Shown: piece by piece, positions 1-10,593 of the stretch
Layout of the letters: each line of letters starts with the position of its first letter
Numbering within the stretch: the first letter of the stretch is position 1
Origin: Bacillota bacterium
GTDB taxonomy: Bacteria > Bacillota > Sulfobacillia > Sulfobacillales > JAIMBI01
Reading direction: 5' to 3'
Length of the DNA: 60,783 bases
Assembly: GCA_021818685.1 (NCBI GenBank)
Contig: JAKATP010000004.1
Location: 1 to 60,783, forward strand
Translations under genes and position numbers: made by a program
The notes under the pieces: generated by a model
Told to the model about the DNA's origin: nothing
Seen by the model: the letters and a program-made list of their open reading frames with translations, nothing else
Database searches by the model: none

Positions 1-350
1 AGGAGATCATTCTGGAGAACCGCAGAAGCCTCTGGCTCTACCGACGGGTGACCACCGGTCCCCCCGCTACCAGTGCGGCCACGTTGGCCCCCATACTGAG
101 CGACTCGTGGCGGCCACCTTGCCTCTTTATGTCCGCTTCGATCCGTCAGGACAATGACTAACCCTTCAAAAATCACTGGCATCTGCTCCGGTGACATGCC
201 AAAGAGGCGCCTCGGAACTTTCTCGGAGGTTCTTGCCCAGTGGCGGCTCCATCACCATGCGCGACCGGCCCTAACCCGAGGACAGCACCCTCCCTCACCC
301 TCCGCCAGCCGGACGTCGATCTTATCGCGGCGGCGCGATACCGCGGGGTC

Positions 351-390
351 CGACCAAAAAAGCCCGGAGCCAGGCTCCGGGCTTCGGTCG
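351..390 (-). terminator. Rho-independent terminator after pnp
   Basis: AAGCCCGGAGC-cag-GCTCCGGGCTT perfect stem followed on the minus strand by a T-run, immediately after the pnp stop. Confidence 0.85.
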
Positions 391-2589
391 TCAGCGTCGG
401 GGCCCCGGCCTCCGTCTCGGATCGTCCGGTCGCGGCCCCCGCGGTGCCGGACCCGGACGCGGTTCGCCGGCGGCCCGCACCTCGCCGCCTTCGGGGGGCG
501 GCAGGGTTTCGCGGTGGGACAGGTTAACGCGCCCCAGACGGTCGATCTCCGTGACTTTGACCCGGAGGGGGTCGCCGACATTCACCACGTCCTCCACGCG
601 CCCGACGCGGGCGTGTGCCAACTCCGATATGTGGACGAGTCCCTCTTTCCCGGGGAGAATTTCGACGAAGGCGCCGAAGTTCATGAGGCGGGTGACGCGC
701 CCCTCGTACACCTCCCCTACCTGCACGGCCCGGGTGAGGTCGTTAATCATCTGTACGGCGGCGTCGGCGGCCGCCCGGTTGATGGCGGCCACATAAATGG
801 TACCGTCATCTTCAATGTCAATCTCAACCTTTTCGCGACCGACCTTAGTCTGCTCGATGATCTTGTTGATGGTCTTGCCACCGGGTCCGATGACATCGCG
901 GATCCGATCTGGATCAATGTGCAGGGTTACGATGCGGGGCGCGTACGCGGACAGTTCTGGACGCGGCCCGTCTATGACGGCCAGCATTTTGTCCAGAATG
1001 AACAGGCGTGCGAGCCGCGCCTGCTCCAGCGCCTCTTCCAGAATGACCCGGGCGAGGCCGTTGATCTTGATATCCATCTGGATGGCATTAATGCCGTTCC
1101 GGGTGCCCGCTACCTTGAAGTCCATGTCCCCCAGTGCGTCTTCGATGCCCTGAATGTCCGTGAGGACGGCATAGTCGTCTCCCTCTTTCACCAGGCCCAT
1201 GGCGATGCCCGCCACGGGTGCCTTGATCGGCACGCCGCCGTCCATCAGAGCCAGGGTGGATCCACAGACGGATGCCATCGACGTCGATCCGTTGGACTCC
1301 AAGATGTCAGAGACCAGACGCAAGGCGTAGGGAAATTCGGTCTCCGGCGGGATCATGGGTTCGAGCGCCCGTTCAGCTAGCGCCCCGTGACCAATCGAAC
1401 GACGGCTCGGTCCGCGCAGCGGGGCCGTCTCCCCGGTCGAGAATGCCGGGAAGTTGTAGTGGTGAATATAGCGCTTGCTGTCCTCCAACCCGATGCCGTC
1501 CAGAATCTGACGGTCCGACAGCGGGCCGAGGGTCAGGGATGTGAGGGCCTGGGTCTGCCCGCGAGTGAAGAGGCCCGTCCCGTGGGTGCGGGGAAGCACC
1601 CCAATCTCCACCGTGATGGGTCGGATTTCATCGCGCCGGCGACCATCAGGCCGGATTCCGTCCTTAATGATGGCGTGCCGCACCTGGTTCTTCTGAATTT
1701 TTTTCAAGACCGACTGGATCTCTTTCGCCTTGTCGGGATAGGTCTCCAGCAGTTGTTCGGTCGTGCGGCGGTTCACGGCCTCAATGGCCGCGTCCCGTTC
1801 CACCTTGTCCTCCACGCGGAGGGCACTTTCCATGGCGGGTTCCGCGAGTGCCTTCACAGCGTGGGTGAGCTCGTCCGAGGGCAGGTAGAGCGTGTAGGCC
1901 CCCTTGGGCTTTCCCGCTTCGATCTGAAACGCGCGGATAACCTCCACGATGCGCTGAATCTCGCGGTGGCCGGCAAAGATGGCGTCGAGAACCTGCGCTT
2001 CCGTTACCTCAGTGGCGCCCGCCTCGATCATCAGGATGTTGTCGTAGGTGCCCGCCACCATGAGTTTAAGCCGGCTCCGCTCCGACTGCTCCCACGTCGG
2101 GTTCACGACGGGAGATCCGTCCACCAAGCCGACTTCGACCGCGCCGATAGGGCCATCGAAAGGAATATCCGACAGAGTCAGAGCCGCCGAAGCACCGATC
2201 ATGCCGCATACCTCGGGGCTATGATCGTGGTCCACCGACATCACGGTGGCCACAATCTGGACATCGTTCCGGAAGCCGTCGGGGAATAAGGGGCGAATGG
2301 GGCGATCGGTCAGACGGGCGGCCAGGATGGCACGCTCGCTCGGCCGACCCTCGCGTTTAATGAAGCCCCCGGGAATCTTGCCGACGGAATACATGCGCTC
2401 CTCGTAGTCAACGGTGAGGGGGAAGAAATCAAGACCTTCGCGCGGTTGGCGCGATGCCGTGGCGGTAACCAGAACAGCCGTGTCTCCGTAGCGCACGAAC
2501 ACAGCCCCGCCGGCCTGCCGGGCCAGACGACCGGTTTCCAAGGTCATGACCCGTCCGCCCACCAGCACTTCCGCTGTGTGGACTTCCAT
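391..2589 (-). CDS. pnp: Polyribonucleotide nucleotidyltransferase (PNPase)
   Basis: Motifs [44 protein letters not shown] and S1 domains; SD GGGAGG; ATG 2589 (TTG 2592 alternative). Confidence 0.97.
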   Translation of the reverse strand: MEVHTAEVLVGGRVMTLETGRLARQAGGAVFVRYGDTAVLVTATASRQPREGLDFFPLTVDYEERMYSVGKIPGGFIKREGRPSERAILAARLTDRPIRPLFPDGFRNDVQIVATVMSVDHDHSPEVCGMIGASAALTLSDIPFDGPIGAVEVGLVDGSPVVNPTWEQSERSRLKLMVAGTYDNILMIEAGATEVTEAQVLDAIFAGHREIQRIVEVIRAFQIEAGKPKGAYTLYLPSDELTHAVKALAEPAMESALRVEDKVERDAAIEAVNRRTTEQLLETYPDKAKEIQSVLKKIQKNQVRHAIIKDGIRPDGRRRDEIRPITVEIGVLPRTHGTGLFTRGQTQALTSLTLGPLSDRQILDGIGLEDSKRYIHHYNFPAFSTGETAPLRGPSRRSIGHGALAERALEPMIPPETEFPYALRLVSDILESNGSTSMASVCGSTLALMDGGVPIKAPVAGIAMGLVKEGDDYAVLTDIQGIEDALGDMDFKVAGTRNGINAIQMDIKINGLARVILEEALEQARLARLFILDKMLAVIDGPRPELSAYAPRIVTLHIDPDRIRDVIGPGGKTINKIIEQTKVGREKVEIDIEDDGTIYVAAINRAAADAAVQMINDLTRAVQVGEVYEGRVTRLMNFGAFVEILPGKEGLVHISELAHARVGRVEDVVNVGDPLRVKVTEIDRLGRVNLSHRETLPPPEGGEVRAAGEPRPGPAPRGPRPDDPRRRPGPRR

Positions 2590-2633
2590 CAATCAGGTCC
2601 TCCCTATTTCTTTCACTTGCGTCTCATCGCTTC

Positions 2634-2662
2634 ATTATGGCGCATGGCCGTGACGGCCGCAA
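2634..2662 (-). promoter_or_regulatory. Candidate sigmaA promoter for pnp
   Basis: TTGCGG-N17-CATAAT on the minus strand in the rpsO-pnp gap. Confidence 0.45.
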
Positions 2663-2704
2663 AATGACGATGAAGATGACGGGAAAAACAAAGCCTCCGA
2701 ACGC

Positions 2705-2974
2705 TTAGCGCCGGAGACCCAGTTCTTGTATCAGCTTATGGTAGCGGGCTGCGTCTTTCTTACGCAGGTAATTGAGGAGTGCTCTTCGCTGCCCCACCAT
2801 CTTCAAGAGTCCCCGACGAGAGTGGAAATCCTTCTTGTGAATCTTCAAGTGCTCTGTCAGATCTGCAATCTGACGCGTCAACAACGCCACCTGCACCTCG
2901 GGCGATCCGGTGTCGTGTTCGTGAATCTGATGATGTTGAATGATGTCCTGCTTCGCCTCCGACAAAAGCGCCAC
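2705..2974 (-). CDS. rpsO: 30S ribosomal protein S15
   Basis: [35 protein letters not shown] start at 2974 after SD GGGAGG; 89 aa. Confidence 0.97.
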   Translation of the reverse strand: MALLSEAKQDIIQHHQIHEHDTGSPEVQVALLTRQIADLTEHLKIHKKDFHSRRGLLKMVGQRRALLNYLRKKDAARYHKLIQELGLRR

Positions 2975-3055
2975 CCGCGTCCTCCCTATCCCACTGCCGA
3001 TTGACTTGCGGCCGGGAGATCGCCTCCCGCTACCGTCCTGACGCATTCTAGCACA
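2975..3055 (-). promoter_or_regulatory. rpsO extended -10 promoter and probable S15 autoregulatory leader
   Basis: TGTGCTAGAAT (TRTG-n-10) at 3045-3055; hairpin GGGAG-gcgat-CTCCC in the leader; S15 leaders are established in Bacillota. Confidence 0.5.
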
Positions 3056-3074
3056 TGCGCACACACCCTGCTAA

Positions 3075-3980
3075 CTACCGCTCACGGGCCCACACCCTCG
3101 CCTGCATCACATCCTGGTGGATGGCCGCAATCAGGTCGGACACCCCCGAGAAGCGCACCTCTGCGCGGAGGAATCGTCCAAACTCGAACCAGAGCGGCTG
3201 ATCATAGAGATCCACGGTCATGTCGATGAGGTGCACCTCCAAAAGAGGCGTTGGACGGGCAAACATCGGACGCACCCCCCAGTTGGCGACGGCCAGGGTA
3301 CGCACGCCGCCGGCCAACTCCGAAAACCCCGCGTACACGCCGTAGGGCGGCATCAGCTTGGTCGGCGGCAAGACCATGTTGGCGGTGGGAAAGCCCAAGG
3401 TGCGGCCGCGCCCGTCGCCGTGACGGACGAGCCCGAATGCCGAGTAGGGCCGGCCCAGAAGGACTCGGACGGTGTCCAGGCGCCCCTCGACGACCATCGC
3501 CCGAACAGCCGAGCTGGAGATGATGCCGTTCGGACCGGCGAGCGGCTCCACAACCTCCACCTGTATGCCCCTCGTTTCAGCCCACTCCCGTAAGACGGGA
3601 ATGGTGCCGCGTGCCTGGCGCCCAAAGGTGAAGTCATGTCCTTCCACTATGACGACGGGGCGGAAGCGGGCCAGAACAATCTCGCTCAGAAAGTCGAGCG
3701 GCTCCATGCGGGCGAACTCGGGCGTAAACGGGAGCACCACGACCTCAGCGCCGGCGTGCTGAAGCCAGTGGATCTTCTCGACCCCCGGTGTCAGCTCCCA
3801 GGTCGTTTCCGAGGGCCGCAGCACGGCGCGGGGGGGCGGGTCAAAGGTGAGGGCGGCATAACCCGAGCCAACGCGCGCCGCATGCTCCCGCGCCCGCACC
3901 AAAAGAGCCTGGTGGCCGCGGTGCACTCCGTCAAACGTGCCGATCGTGAGCACCCGCGTGGGCGACGTCCCGGCCGTCAA
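3075..3980 (-). CDS. ribF: Bifunctional riboflavin kinase/FAD synthetase
   Basis: TIGTFDGVHRGHQ, GHDFTFG, ISSSAVR, GRTLGFPTAN; TTG start overlapping the truB stop (TTGA). Confidence 0.93.
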   Translation of the reverse strand: MTAGTSPTRVLTIGTFDGVHRGHQALLVRAREHAARVGSGYAALTFDPPPRAVLRPSETTWELTPGVEKIHWLQHAGAEVVVLPFTPEFARMEPLDFLSEIVLARFRPVVIVEGHDFTFGRQARGTIPVLREWAETRGIQVEVVEPLAGPNGIISSSAVRAMVVEGRLDTVRVLLGRPYSAFGLVRHGDGRGRTLGFPTANMVLPPTKLMPPYGVYAGFSELAGGVRTLAVANWGVRPMFARPTPLLEVHLIDMTVDLYDQPLWFEFGRFLRAEVRFSGVSDLIAAIHQDVMQARVWARER

Positions 3981-4831
3981 GGCAGTCCCTCTGGAAACAC
4001 CCGCACAAAGCAACGCGGGCCCTCGGTCAGAGCATAAAGCCGGCCGGCCTGTGCGAGTGCCGTCATCACGCTCTCCTCCGGGGCGAGGGCCTCCGGCCAA
4101 CGCCCGTGCACGACGTCCGCCACCTCGCCCGCGGTGAGCTCAAGCCGGGGCCCGGCCCACACCGTCCGCCAGGACCGGAGATACCGCTCGACGCCCTCTG
4201 CCTGCAGTTCCTCCAAGGTTACCGCCTCCTCGATTCCGAAGGGCCCGGCCCGCGTCCGGATTAGGGCGACCAGACTGGCTGCCTGTCCGAGCAGCAGACC
4301 CCAGTCCCTGACCAGGGCGCGGACGTACGTGCCCGAGGACACGGTCGTCATGAAGCGGAAGCCAGGGCCGTCCGCATCGATGACTTGCAGGCTGTGCACG
4401 ACGACGGGCCGGGGCGGTAGAAAGAAGGTTTCGCCCCGGCGGGCCCGCCGGTGCGCCCGCTGGCCATCCTGTCGTATGCTCGAGCGCTGGGGCGGCAGCT
4501 GGAGCCCCGCGCCAATGAGAAAGGGGGCGCTCCGTTCGAGATCGGAACGCCTGGGCCACGGCGGCGCGGACCGGGCCCGGACGTCTCCTGCCGCATCCAG
4601 GGTATCGGTCAGAGTCCCGAAGCGGGCCACCCCCACATAGGTCTTCGGACCCCAGTTGATGCGCCCCAGGAGGGCGAGGGCCTGACCGATCCCGACCGGC
4701 AGCACGCCGGCCGCATCCGGATCGAGTGTCCCGCCATGCCCGGCGCGGCTCAGAGACAGCCGCCGTACGCGAGCTACCGCGTCGTGGGACGTCAGCTCCG
4801 GCGGTTTTAGGAGGTTGACGAATCCGTCCAG
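3977..4831 (-). CDS. truB: tRNA pseudouridine(55) synthase, CTG start
   Basis: Frame extends upstream of the ORF-track start to give (M)DGFVNLLKPPELTSHD...GHGGTLDPDAAGVLPV; SD GGGGAGG 7 nt before CTG; SGTYVRAL motif. Confidence 0.88.
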   Translation of the reverse strand: MDGFVNLLKPPELTSHDAVARVRRLSLSRAGHGGTLDPDAAGVLPVGIGQALALLGRINWGPKTYVGVARFGTLTDTLDAAGDVRARSAPPWPRRSDLERSAPFLIGAGLQLPPQRSSIRQDGQRAHRRARRGETFFLPPRPVVVHSLQVIDADGPGFRFMTTVSSGTYVRALVRDWGLLLGQAASLVALIRTRAGPFGIEEAVTLEELQAEGVERYLRSWRTVWAGPRLELTAGEVADVVHGRWPEALAPEESVMTALAQAGRLYALTEGPRCFVRVFPEGLP

Positions 4832-5817
4832 CGTTCATCCTCCCCATAAAGCTGGGACGCCAGCGCCAACGTCTCGGCCTGGACTTTGGCCAGCCGTCCG
4901 CGGACGACGGCCGCCGCAGCATGTGTGTGACCCCCGCCCCCAAGCCGCTCGGCAAGTCGCCGGGCCTCGATCGGTGGGCGGCTCCGGAGGCTTACTTTCA
5001 CGAAGCCACCAGGCTCTTCGCGCAGGAACACTGCCAGGTGGACCCCTCTCAGCGCCCGGACCAGGGCAATGAGGCCGTCGGTCTCGTATGGTTCGACCCC
5101 GAAGCGCTTCAGCACCGGGCGCGGAAGCGCGAGCCAGGCTACCTTGCCGGAAGGGGCCTGCTGCAGATGCTGGAGGGCCCAGGCCCGAAGGCCCATTGCC
5201 GACAAAGATTCTTCTTCAAAGAGCCGTCGATGGATGTCTGCGAGGTCGAGTCCTGTATCGGCCAGACGGGCCGCCAGCCGGAATACGCGGCTGTCCAGCA
5301 CTCCAACCCGAAATCCTTCCGTGTCGGTGGCCAACGACACATACAGAGGCAGGGCGACCGCGACATCGAGGGGAAGGTCCCAGGCGTCGACAAGCTGCAG
5401 GACCAGCTCCGCTACGGCGACAGCTCCGGGCTCGACCCAGTTGAGGTCGCCAAAGCGTGTGTTGCCCGCGTGGTGGTCAAGATTCATGAGCAGGGTCCCC
5501 GCCGACCGGAGCTGCTCCAGACCTCCGGCCCGCGAAGGCTCGCCGCAGTCCACGGTGACGACGACATCCGCCCGCGGGCGGGCCGACCGCGTGGCCCAGG
5601 TGCGAGCGTCCGCGGCGCCCGGCAGAAACTGGAACGGAGGAATGATGGGATCGGGACCCACCACCTCCGCCGCGATGCCGAGGCGGACGAGTGCCGCCGC
5701 TAGCGCCAGGGCCGAGCCGGTGGTATCGCCATCGGGCGCCTGATGCATCACGATCAGCACCCGGCGTGCCGCCCGCAGGGTGGTCGCTACCCGTCCGGCG
5801 TCAGTACTCTCCGGCAT
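4807..5817 (-). CDS. nrnA: DHH/DHHA1 phosphoesterase (NrnA-like oligoribonuclease/pAp phosphatase)
   Basis: HQAPDGD, VDCG, DHH, TDT, GGGGH motifs; conserved position rbfA-nrnA-truB. Confidence 0.88.
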   Translation of the reverse strand: MPESTDAGRVATTLRAARRVLIVMHQAPDGDTTGSALALAAALVRLGIAAEVVGPDPIIPPFQFLPGAADARTWATRSARPRADVVVTVDCGEPSRAGGLEQLRSAGTLLMNLDHHAGNTRFGDLNWVEPGAVAVAELVLQLVDAWDLPLDVAVALPLYVSLATDTEGFRVGVLDSRVFRLAARLADTGLDLADIHRRLFEEESLSAMGLRAWALQHLQQAPSGKVAWLALPRPVLKRFGVEPYETDGLIALVRALRGVHLAVFLREEPGGFVKVSLRSRPPIEARRLAERLGGGGHTHAAAAVVRGRLAKVQAETLALASQLYGEDERWTDSSTS

Positions 5818-6166
5818 GCTCGGCGTCTGCCGCCCCGGTTTCCTTTAAAAGCCGCTGCACCGTCAGGCTGGCTTCCAGGGAATGATCCAGACGGAAATCC
5901 AGATCGGGTGCCTGCCGGAGCCGGAGCCGGCGCGTCACCTCGCCCCGCAGGAAGGGTTTGGCGCTCTTCAGGCCGAGGAGCGTCTCTCCCGCTTTCTCCG
6001 GGTCCAGCACGCTCACGTACACACGCGCCACGGCCAGATCCCGGGCCAGATCTACGCGGGTGATGCTGACAAACCCGATACGCGGGTCCTTCACCTCGCG
6101 CTGCAGCAGGCCCGCCAGCTCTGCCTGCATGGCTTCTGCCACTCGCTCCGCCCTTTTCTGATTCAT
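5801..6166 (-). CDS. rbfA: Ribosome-binding factor A
   Basis: VKDPRIGFVSITRV, ARVYVSVL, LRQAPDLDFRLD; ATG 6166 after SD GGAGG. Confidence 0.95.
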   Translation of the reverse strand: MNQKRAERVAEAMQAELAGLLQREVKDPRIGFVSITRVDLARDLAVARVYVSVLDPEKAGETLLGLKSAKPFLRGEVTRRLRLRQAPDLDFRLDHSLEASLTVQRLLKETGAADAEHAGEY

Positions 6167-6183
6167 CCGTTTACTGCCTCCGT

Positions 6184-8718
6184 CTAGCTGGCCTTCACTT
6201 CCTCTTGCGTAAACACCTCCAGCTGGTCGCCCACCTTCAAGTCGTTGAACCGCTCGAGCCCGATCCCGCATTCAAATCCCGCCTGCACTTCGCGGACGTC
6301 GTCCTTAAAGCGCCGGAGCGATGCGATCGGCCCCTCGTGGATGACCGCCCCGTCGCGGATGACACGAACCTGGGCGCTCCGCACCACCTTGCCATCAGAC
6401 ACGTAGGAGCCCGCCACCGCACCCACACGCGGCACCCGGAATACCTCCCGCACCTCGACCCGACCGAGGATGACCTCCTCAAATTTCGGTGCCAACATGC
6501 CCGTCAGCGCCTGCCGCACATCATCGAGCAGGTCATAGATGACCCGATAGGTGCGCACGTCCACATGCTCGCGTTCCGCTAGCTGGCGGGCTTTCGACTC
6601 GGTACTGACCCCGAACCCGAGGATAATCGCGCCGGAGGCCGACGCCAGCATGACATCAGACTCCGTCACCGCCCCTACCCCCGAGTGCAGGATGCGCACG
6701 CGCGCCTCTTCGTGTCCCATCTTGGACAAGGACTCACCGAGCGCTTCGGCCGAGCCCTGAACGTCGGCCTTGATGACCAGGTTCAGATCCTTGACCGCCT
6801 CGTCTTTCAGACGCTGATAGAATTCGTCCAGGCTAACACCCCTGAGCCCGCTCGGGGCTTCGGCGGCCCGCCGGCGGTCACGCCGCGCATCCGCGATGGC
6901 GCGGGCCTGCTTTTCGTCGGCCAGCACGATGAAGTCATCCCCGGCCTGCGGCACCTCGCTGAAACCCAGCACCTCCACCGGCATCGACGGTGTTGCCTGA
7001 CGGACGCGTTGTCCACGCTCGTTGATGAGTGCCCGCACGCGGCCCCACACCGGTCCCGAGACGAACGCGTCGCCGACCGAGAGGGTGCCCCGCTGCACGA
7101 GGACGGTGGCCACGGCACCGCGGCCTCGGTCAAGTTGGGCCTCGATAACGGTGCCCTGGCCGGCCCGGTCTGGGTTGGCCCCAATTTCCAGGATGTCGGC
7201 CTGCAGGAGGATGCTGTCCAGCAGCTTGTCGATGCCATCCCCGGTCCGCGCCGACACCGGCACCATCATGGTGTCGCCGCCCCATTCCTCGGGGACTAGT
7301 CCGTACTCGGTCAGGCTCTGCCGCACACGGTCAGGGTTCGCGTCCTCCAGATCCATCTTGTTGATGGCCACGACCACCGGAACCCCGGCGGCCTGCGCAT
7401 GATTGATGGCCTCCACCGTCTGGGGCATGACCCCGTCATTGGCAGCCACCACCAGCACCGCCACGTCTGTCACCTGTGCGCCGCGCGCGCGCATGGCCGT
7501 GAACGCTTCATGGCCGGGGGTGTCAAGGAACACCACCTGCCGTCCCTGCCAATCCACCACGGAGGCCCCGATGTGCTGGGTGATTCCCCCTGCCTCGTGC
7601 GCCGTGACCCGGCTCGACCGAATGCGATCTAAGAGCGAGGTTTTACCGTGGTCCACATGCCCCATGACGGTCACGACCGGAGGCCGCGGCTTCAGATGCT
7701 CGGGACGATCCTCCTCGCCCTGGATGAGTTCAGCTTCCTGCTCCTCTTGCGAAGCGCGTTCCTCCACCTTGGCCCCGAACTCCGTGGCCACGATGACAGC
7801 CGTTTCGCGATCGAGCTCATGATTCACCGTCGCCATCACGCCGAGTTCCATCAGGCGCTTGATGAGATCGCCGGCCTTCACGCCCAGCTGGTCGGCGAGG
7901 TCCTTTACCTGAATGGTTCCGGACAGCACGATACGGCGATTGACCGGCTGCGCCGGTTCGTTGGAGACGGTCTTGGGGCGAAAGTGACGGCTTCGGCTGC
8001 GAAACTCGTCGCTTTCGTTCCACCGACGGCCGCGGCTCGTTCCCTGGCGTGGACCGCGGCGATCCTTCCCGCCTCCCGGACTTCGCCGTCCGCTCTCCTT
8101 GCCGCGGCCCGCGGCCGGGGGAGGCGGTCCTACGGGCGTCCGACCGGGCCTCGGGGGTCCTCCTGCCCTCGCGGGGCTGCTCGGGGGACGCGTGCCGCCG
8201 ACGGGTCCCGCTGGGGGACGGGTGCCGGCCGGACGGGGCGCGCCGATCCCCGAGCGCGGACCCGTGACGGGCATCGGTGCCCGGGTTGGAGCGCCCGGAC
8301 CTTCTCCCGGTCGGGGCGACTGGTCGCGGCGCACCATGGGTTCCCGCCGCACCGGTGGGGGAACGACCCCCACGGGACGGCGATTCGGCGGAGGCTCCGG
8401 CATGGCCCGGCCGGGTGCCGGACGGGTGGGGCCCGGAAACCCGGCGGGGCGCGGCTGCACGCGCGGCGCCGGCGGTGGTGTTTTTGGACGCGGCGGCACC
8501 GGTTTGGGCATGGGCGCGACGGCCGGCGTATCCTCGGCCGTGGGCAGCTTGCCCTGCATAATGTCGCGCACGACCGTGATCGCCTCCGGCTCCACCGTGC
8601 TCATGTGGTTCTTGATGTTGTCCACGTGCAGACGGTGCAGGAGATCGATCAGACGGCGACTGTCGATCTTGAGTTCCTTGGCCAGTTCGTAAACCCTGAC
8701 CTTGTCTGTTTCTGCCAA
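6184..8718 (-). CDS. infB: Translation initiation factor IF-2
   Basis: [12 protein letters not shown]-terminus, [21 protein letters not shown]; Pro/Arg/Gly-rich linker; TTG start after SD GGGGAGG. Confidence 0.97.
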   Translation of the reverse strand: MAETDKVRVYELAKELKIDSRRLIDLLHRLHVDNIKNHMSTVEPEAITVVRDIMQGKLPTAEDTPAVAPMPKPVPPRPKTPPPAPRVQPRPAGFPGPTRPAPGRAMPEPPPNRRPVGVVPPPVRREPMVRRDQSPRPGEGPGAPTRAPMPVTGPRSGIGAPRPAGTRPPAGPVGGTRPPSSPARAGGPPRPGRTPVGPPPPAAGRGKESGRRSPGGGKDRRGPRQGTSRGRRWNESDEFRSRSRHFRPKTVSNEPAQPVNRRIVLSGTIQVKDLADQLGVKAGDLIKRLMELGVMATVNHELDRETAVIVATEFGAKVEERASQEEQEAELIQGEEDRPEHLKPRPPVVTVMGHVDHGKTSLLDRIRSSRVTAHEAGGITQHIGASVVDWQGRQVVFLDTPGHEAFTAMRARGAQVTDVAVLVVAANDGVMPQTVEAINHAQAAGVPVVVAINKMDLEDANPDRVRQSLTEYGLVPEEWGGDTMMVPVSARTGDGIDKLLDSILLQADILEIGANPDRAGQGTVIEAQLDRGRGAVATVLVQRGTLSVGDAFVSGPVWGRVRALINERGQRVRQATPSMPVEVLGFSEVPQAGDDFIVLADEKQARAIADARRDRRRAAEAPSGLRGVSLDEFYQRLKDEAVKDLNLVIKADVQGSAEALGESLSKMGHEEARVRILHSGVGAVTESDVMLASASGAIILGFGVSTESKARQLAEREHVDVRTYRVIYDLLDDVRQALTGMLAPKFEEVILGRVEVREVFRVPRVGAVAGSYVSDGKVVRSAQVRVIRDGAVIHEGPIASLRRFKDDVREVQAGFECGIGLERFNDLKVGDQLEVFTQEEVKAS

Positions 8719-9043
8719 CGCTTTTCCTCCCCGTTCCCTGTCCCACGTCCGCTAAGACTGCTCGTGCAAACTTGATGCTCAAAAAGGCTACGACGCCCGT
8801 CGGCGGAAGTCCCGCGGCCCTCCCGATGCTCGCCTTGTTACCGCGCGTCAGAACCGGTATTCCGAGTGACTCCGCCCAGGGCTGGAACTTCCGGCGCAGA
8901 GCCCCCCCGGCGTCTTCGGCAAGGACCACCAAGAACACACGCCGGACGCCGAGAGCTTGCTCGACCTGGTGGGAACCCGGCGCGAGCTTACCCGCGCGCC
9001 GCGCCAAGCCAATCCACGAGAGGAAGCGGCTGTCATCCTCCAC
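7817..9043 (-). CDS. ylxQ: L7Ae/YlxQ family RNA-binding protein; domain about 8720-9043, frame stays open to 7817 over infB
   Basis: [27 protein letters not shown] typical of L7Ae; no stop until 7817; GTG 9043 or ATG 9055 start. Confidence 0.75.
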   Translation of the reverse strand: MEDDSRFLSWIGLARRAGKLAPGSHQVEQALGVRRVFLVVLAEDAGGALRRKFQPWAESLGIPVLTRGNKASIGRAAGLPPTGVVAFLSIKFARAVLADVGQGTGRKSVGRNRQGQGLRTGQGTQDRQSPSDRSPAPSARGQHQEPHEHGGAGGDHGRARHYAGQAAHGRGYAGRRAHAQTGAAASKNTTAGAARAAAPRRVSGPHPSGTRPGHAGASAESPSRGGRSPTGAAGTHGAPRPVAPTGRRSGRSNPGTDARHGSALGDRRAPSGRHPSPSGTRRRHASPEQPREGRRTPEARSDARRTASPGRGPRQGERTAKSGRREGSPRSTPGNEPRPSVERKRRVSQPKPSLSPQDRLQRTGAAGQSPYRAVRNHSGKGPRRPAGREGRRSHQAPDGTRRDGDGES

Positions 9044-9311
9044 GCGCGGCCTCATGCTCCACGAAGAGCTTCAGCGCCTCGGCGAGCTCGGCGCTCACCG
9101 GTACCTCCAGCACATGCTGCAGGCGGCCCTTCACGCCTCGTTCCGCGCACGCCGGATTCCGGCACACGTAAGCGCCCCGCCCGGAACGCTTGCCGCTCGG
9201 GTCCACCGCCAGCGTGCCGTCGGGAGCCCGGACGACCCGGACCAAATCCCGCTTGTCACGGGTAGCGCCGCAGGCGACGCAGGTCCGCTGCGGAATCTTT
9301 CGCGTCGGCAT
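9033..9311 (-). CDS. ylxR: YlxR/RnpM family protein
   Basis: KIPQRTCVACG, LVRVVR, GRGAYVC; follows nusA. Confidence 0.93.
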   Translation of the reverse strand: MPTRKIPQRTCVACGATRDKRDLVRVVRAPDGTLAVDPSGKRSGRGAYVCRNPACAERGVKGRLQHVLEVPVSAELAEALKLFVEHEAARGG

Positions 9312-9313
9312 GC

Positions 9314-10423
9314 CTACCAGTCCCCCATGGCCGCCTGCGACTCCGAGCGGATGTCCACCCGCCAGCCGGTCAGCTTGGCCGCCAGGCGTGCGTTCTGACC
9401 ATCCTTGCCGATCGCGAGCGATAGCTGATAATCCGGAACCACCACCCGCGCCACCCGTGTCTCCGGATCGACACTGACGGAGATGACTTTGGCCGGCGAA
9501 AGCGCATTGGCCACAAACACCGAGGGGTCGGGGTCCCAGCGTATGATATCGAGCTTCTCCCCCCGGATTTCGGTCACGATGTTCTGGACCCGGAGACCCT
9601 TTGGTCCCACACAGGCGCCCACCGGGTCCACGTTCGGATCCTCGGACCACACGGCCACCTTAGATCGGAAGCCAGCTTCCCGGGAGATGCCCTTCAGGTC
9701 GACGAGGCCGTCGTGAATTTCCGGCACCTCGAGCTCAAACAGACGCTTTAAGAGCCCGGGATGGCTCCGGGAGACGTATATCTCGGGACCCTTGGTCGTT
9801 TTCTTAACCTCGGTCACGTACGCCTTGACCCGGTCGCCCGAGCGCAGGTCCTCATTCGGCACCTGGTCAGACGGGCGCAATACGGCATCCGTCTTACCAA
9901 GGTTGACGAGGATGCGCTGGTGGCGATCGCCCTGTCCCGGACGCAGGAGGTCGTGCAGGTCATGGTTCGGCGTGTCATGCAGGGGCTCCACTCGCTGGAT
10001 AACGCCGGTAACAATGTCGCCCTCGCGGCTCGAAAACTCCTGATAGATGAGGCCCCGCTCGGCCTCCCGAATCCGCTGCATGACCACTTGCTTGGCCGTC
10101 TGGGCGGCAATCCGGCTGAACGCCTGCGGCGTCACGTTGTACTCCAGCACATCCCCCAGATCCAGCGCCGGATTCTGCCGGCGCGCCTCGGACAGGCTGA
10201 CCTCGATGCGATCATCGTTCACCACGTCCACCACCAGCTTCTGCGCGAAGACGTGCGGCTCGCCGTTGCTCCGGTCGAGGTGCACGCGGACGTTTTGGTT
10301 GGCCCCGTAGTGGCGGCGGTAGGCGGATACCAACGCAGCCTCGATCGCCTCGATGAGGATGTCCTTATCGATGCCGCGGTCGCGTTGCAGTTCCTCTAAA
10401 GCAGCTAAGAATTCGGCGTTCAT
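9314..10423 (-). CDS. nusA: Transcription termination/antitermination factor NusA
   Basis: RIAAQTAKQV, REAGFRSKVAV, DPVGACVG, LSLAIGKDGQNARLAAKLTGW; ATG 10423 after SD GGGAGG. Confidence 0.96.
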   Translation of the reverse strand: MNAEFLAALEELQRDRGIDKDILIEAIEAALVSAYRRHYGANQNVRVHLDRSNGEPHVFAQKLVVDVVNDDRIEVSLSEARRQNPALDLGDVLEYNVTPQAFSRIAAQTAKQVVMQRIREAERGLIYQEFSSREGDIVTGVIQRVEPLHDTPNHDLHDLLRPGQGDRHQRILVNLGKTDAVLRPSDQVPNEDLRSGDRVKAYVTEVKKTTKGPEIYVSRSHPGLLKRLFELEVPEIHDGLVDLKGISREAGFRSKVAVWSEDPNVDPVGACVGPKGLRVQNIVTEIRGEKLDIIRWDPDPSVFVANALSPAKVISVSVDPETRVARVVVPDYQLSLAIGKDGQNARLAAKLTGWRVDIRSESQAAMGDW

Positions 10424-10478
10424 CGGATGCTCGCCTCCCGTGCGCCGTTCGCAAAACTCAATAGACCCCCGGCAAGGC

Positions 10479-10505
10479 AAAAGAGTGGGCACCTGGACCC
10501 ACTCC
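10479..10505 (-). terminator. Leader terminator/attenuator of the (rimP)-nusA operon
   Basis: GAGTGGG-tccaggtg-CCCACTC-TTTT, the hairpin typically seen ahead of rimP/ylxS in Bacillota. Confidence 0.7.
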
Positions 10506-10564
10506 GATCCCGCTCGTCATACAGCCAAACCCCAAAAAGGGTTGGGTCGGATTCTGTCGGTGTG

Positions 10565-10593
10565 ATCATACCACAGGAACCCGCCCGGCTCAA
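10565..10593 (-). promoter_or_regulatory. sigmaA promoter of the nusA-infB operon
   Basis: TTGAGC-N17-TATGAT with TGTG extended -10. Confidence 0.7.

Noticed and set aside
195..260. c-di-GMP-I riboswitch (GGGCAA...GAAA on the minus strand)
   Set aside because: Lacks the GACGCAAAGC and tetraloop-receptor elements
154..2289. Long plus-strand ORFs 154..1380 and 1387..2289
   Set aside because: Antisense shadows of pnp, expected from high GC3; no motifs or SD
3977..4705. truB as an N-truncated pseudogene
   Set aside because: The missing motifs are present in frame upstream; only the start codon is unusual
8050..8520. Pro/Arg/Gly-rich repeats in the infB 5' region
   Set aside because: Ordinary low-complexity IF2 linker, not a repeat array
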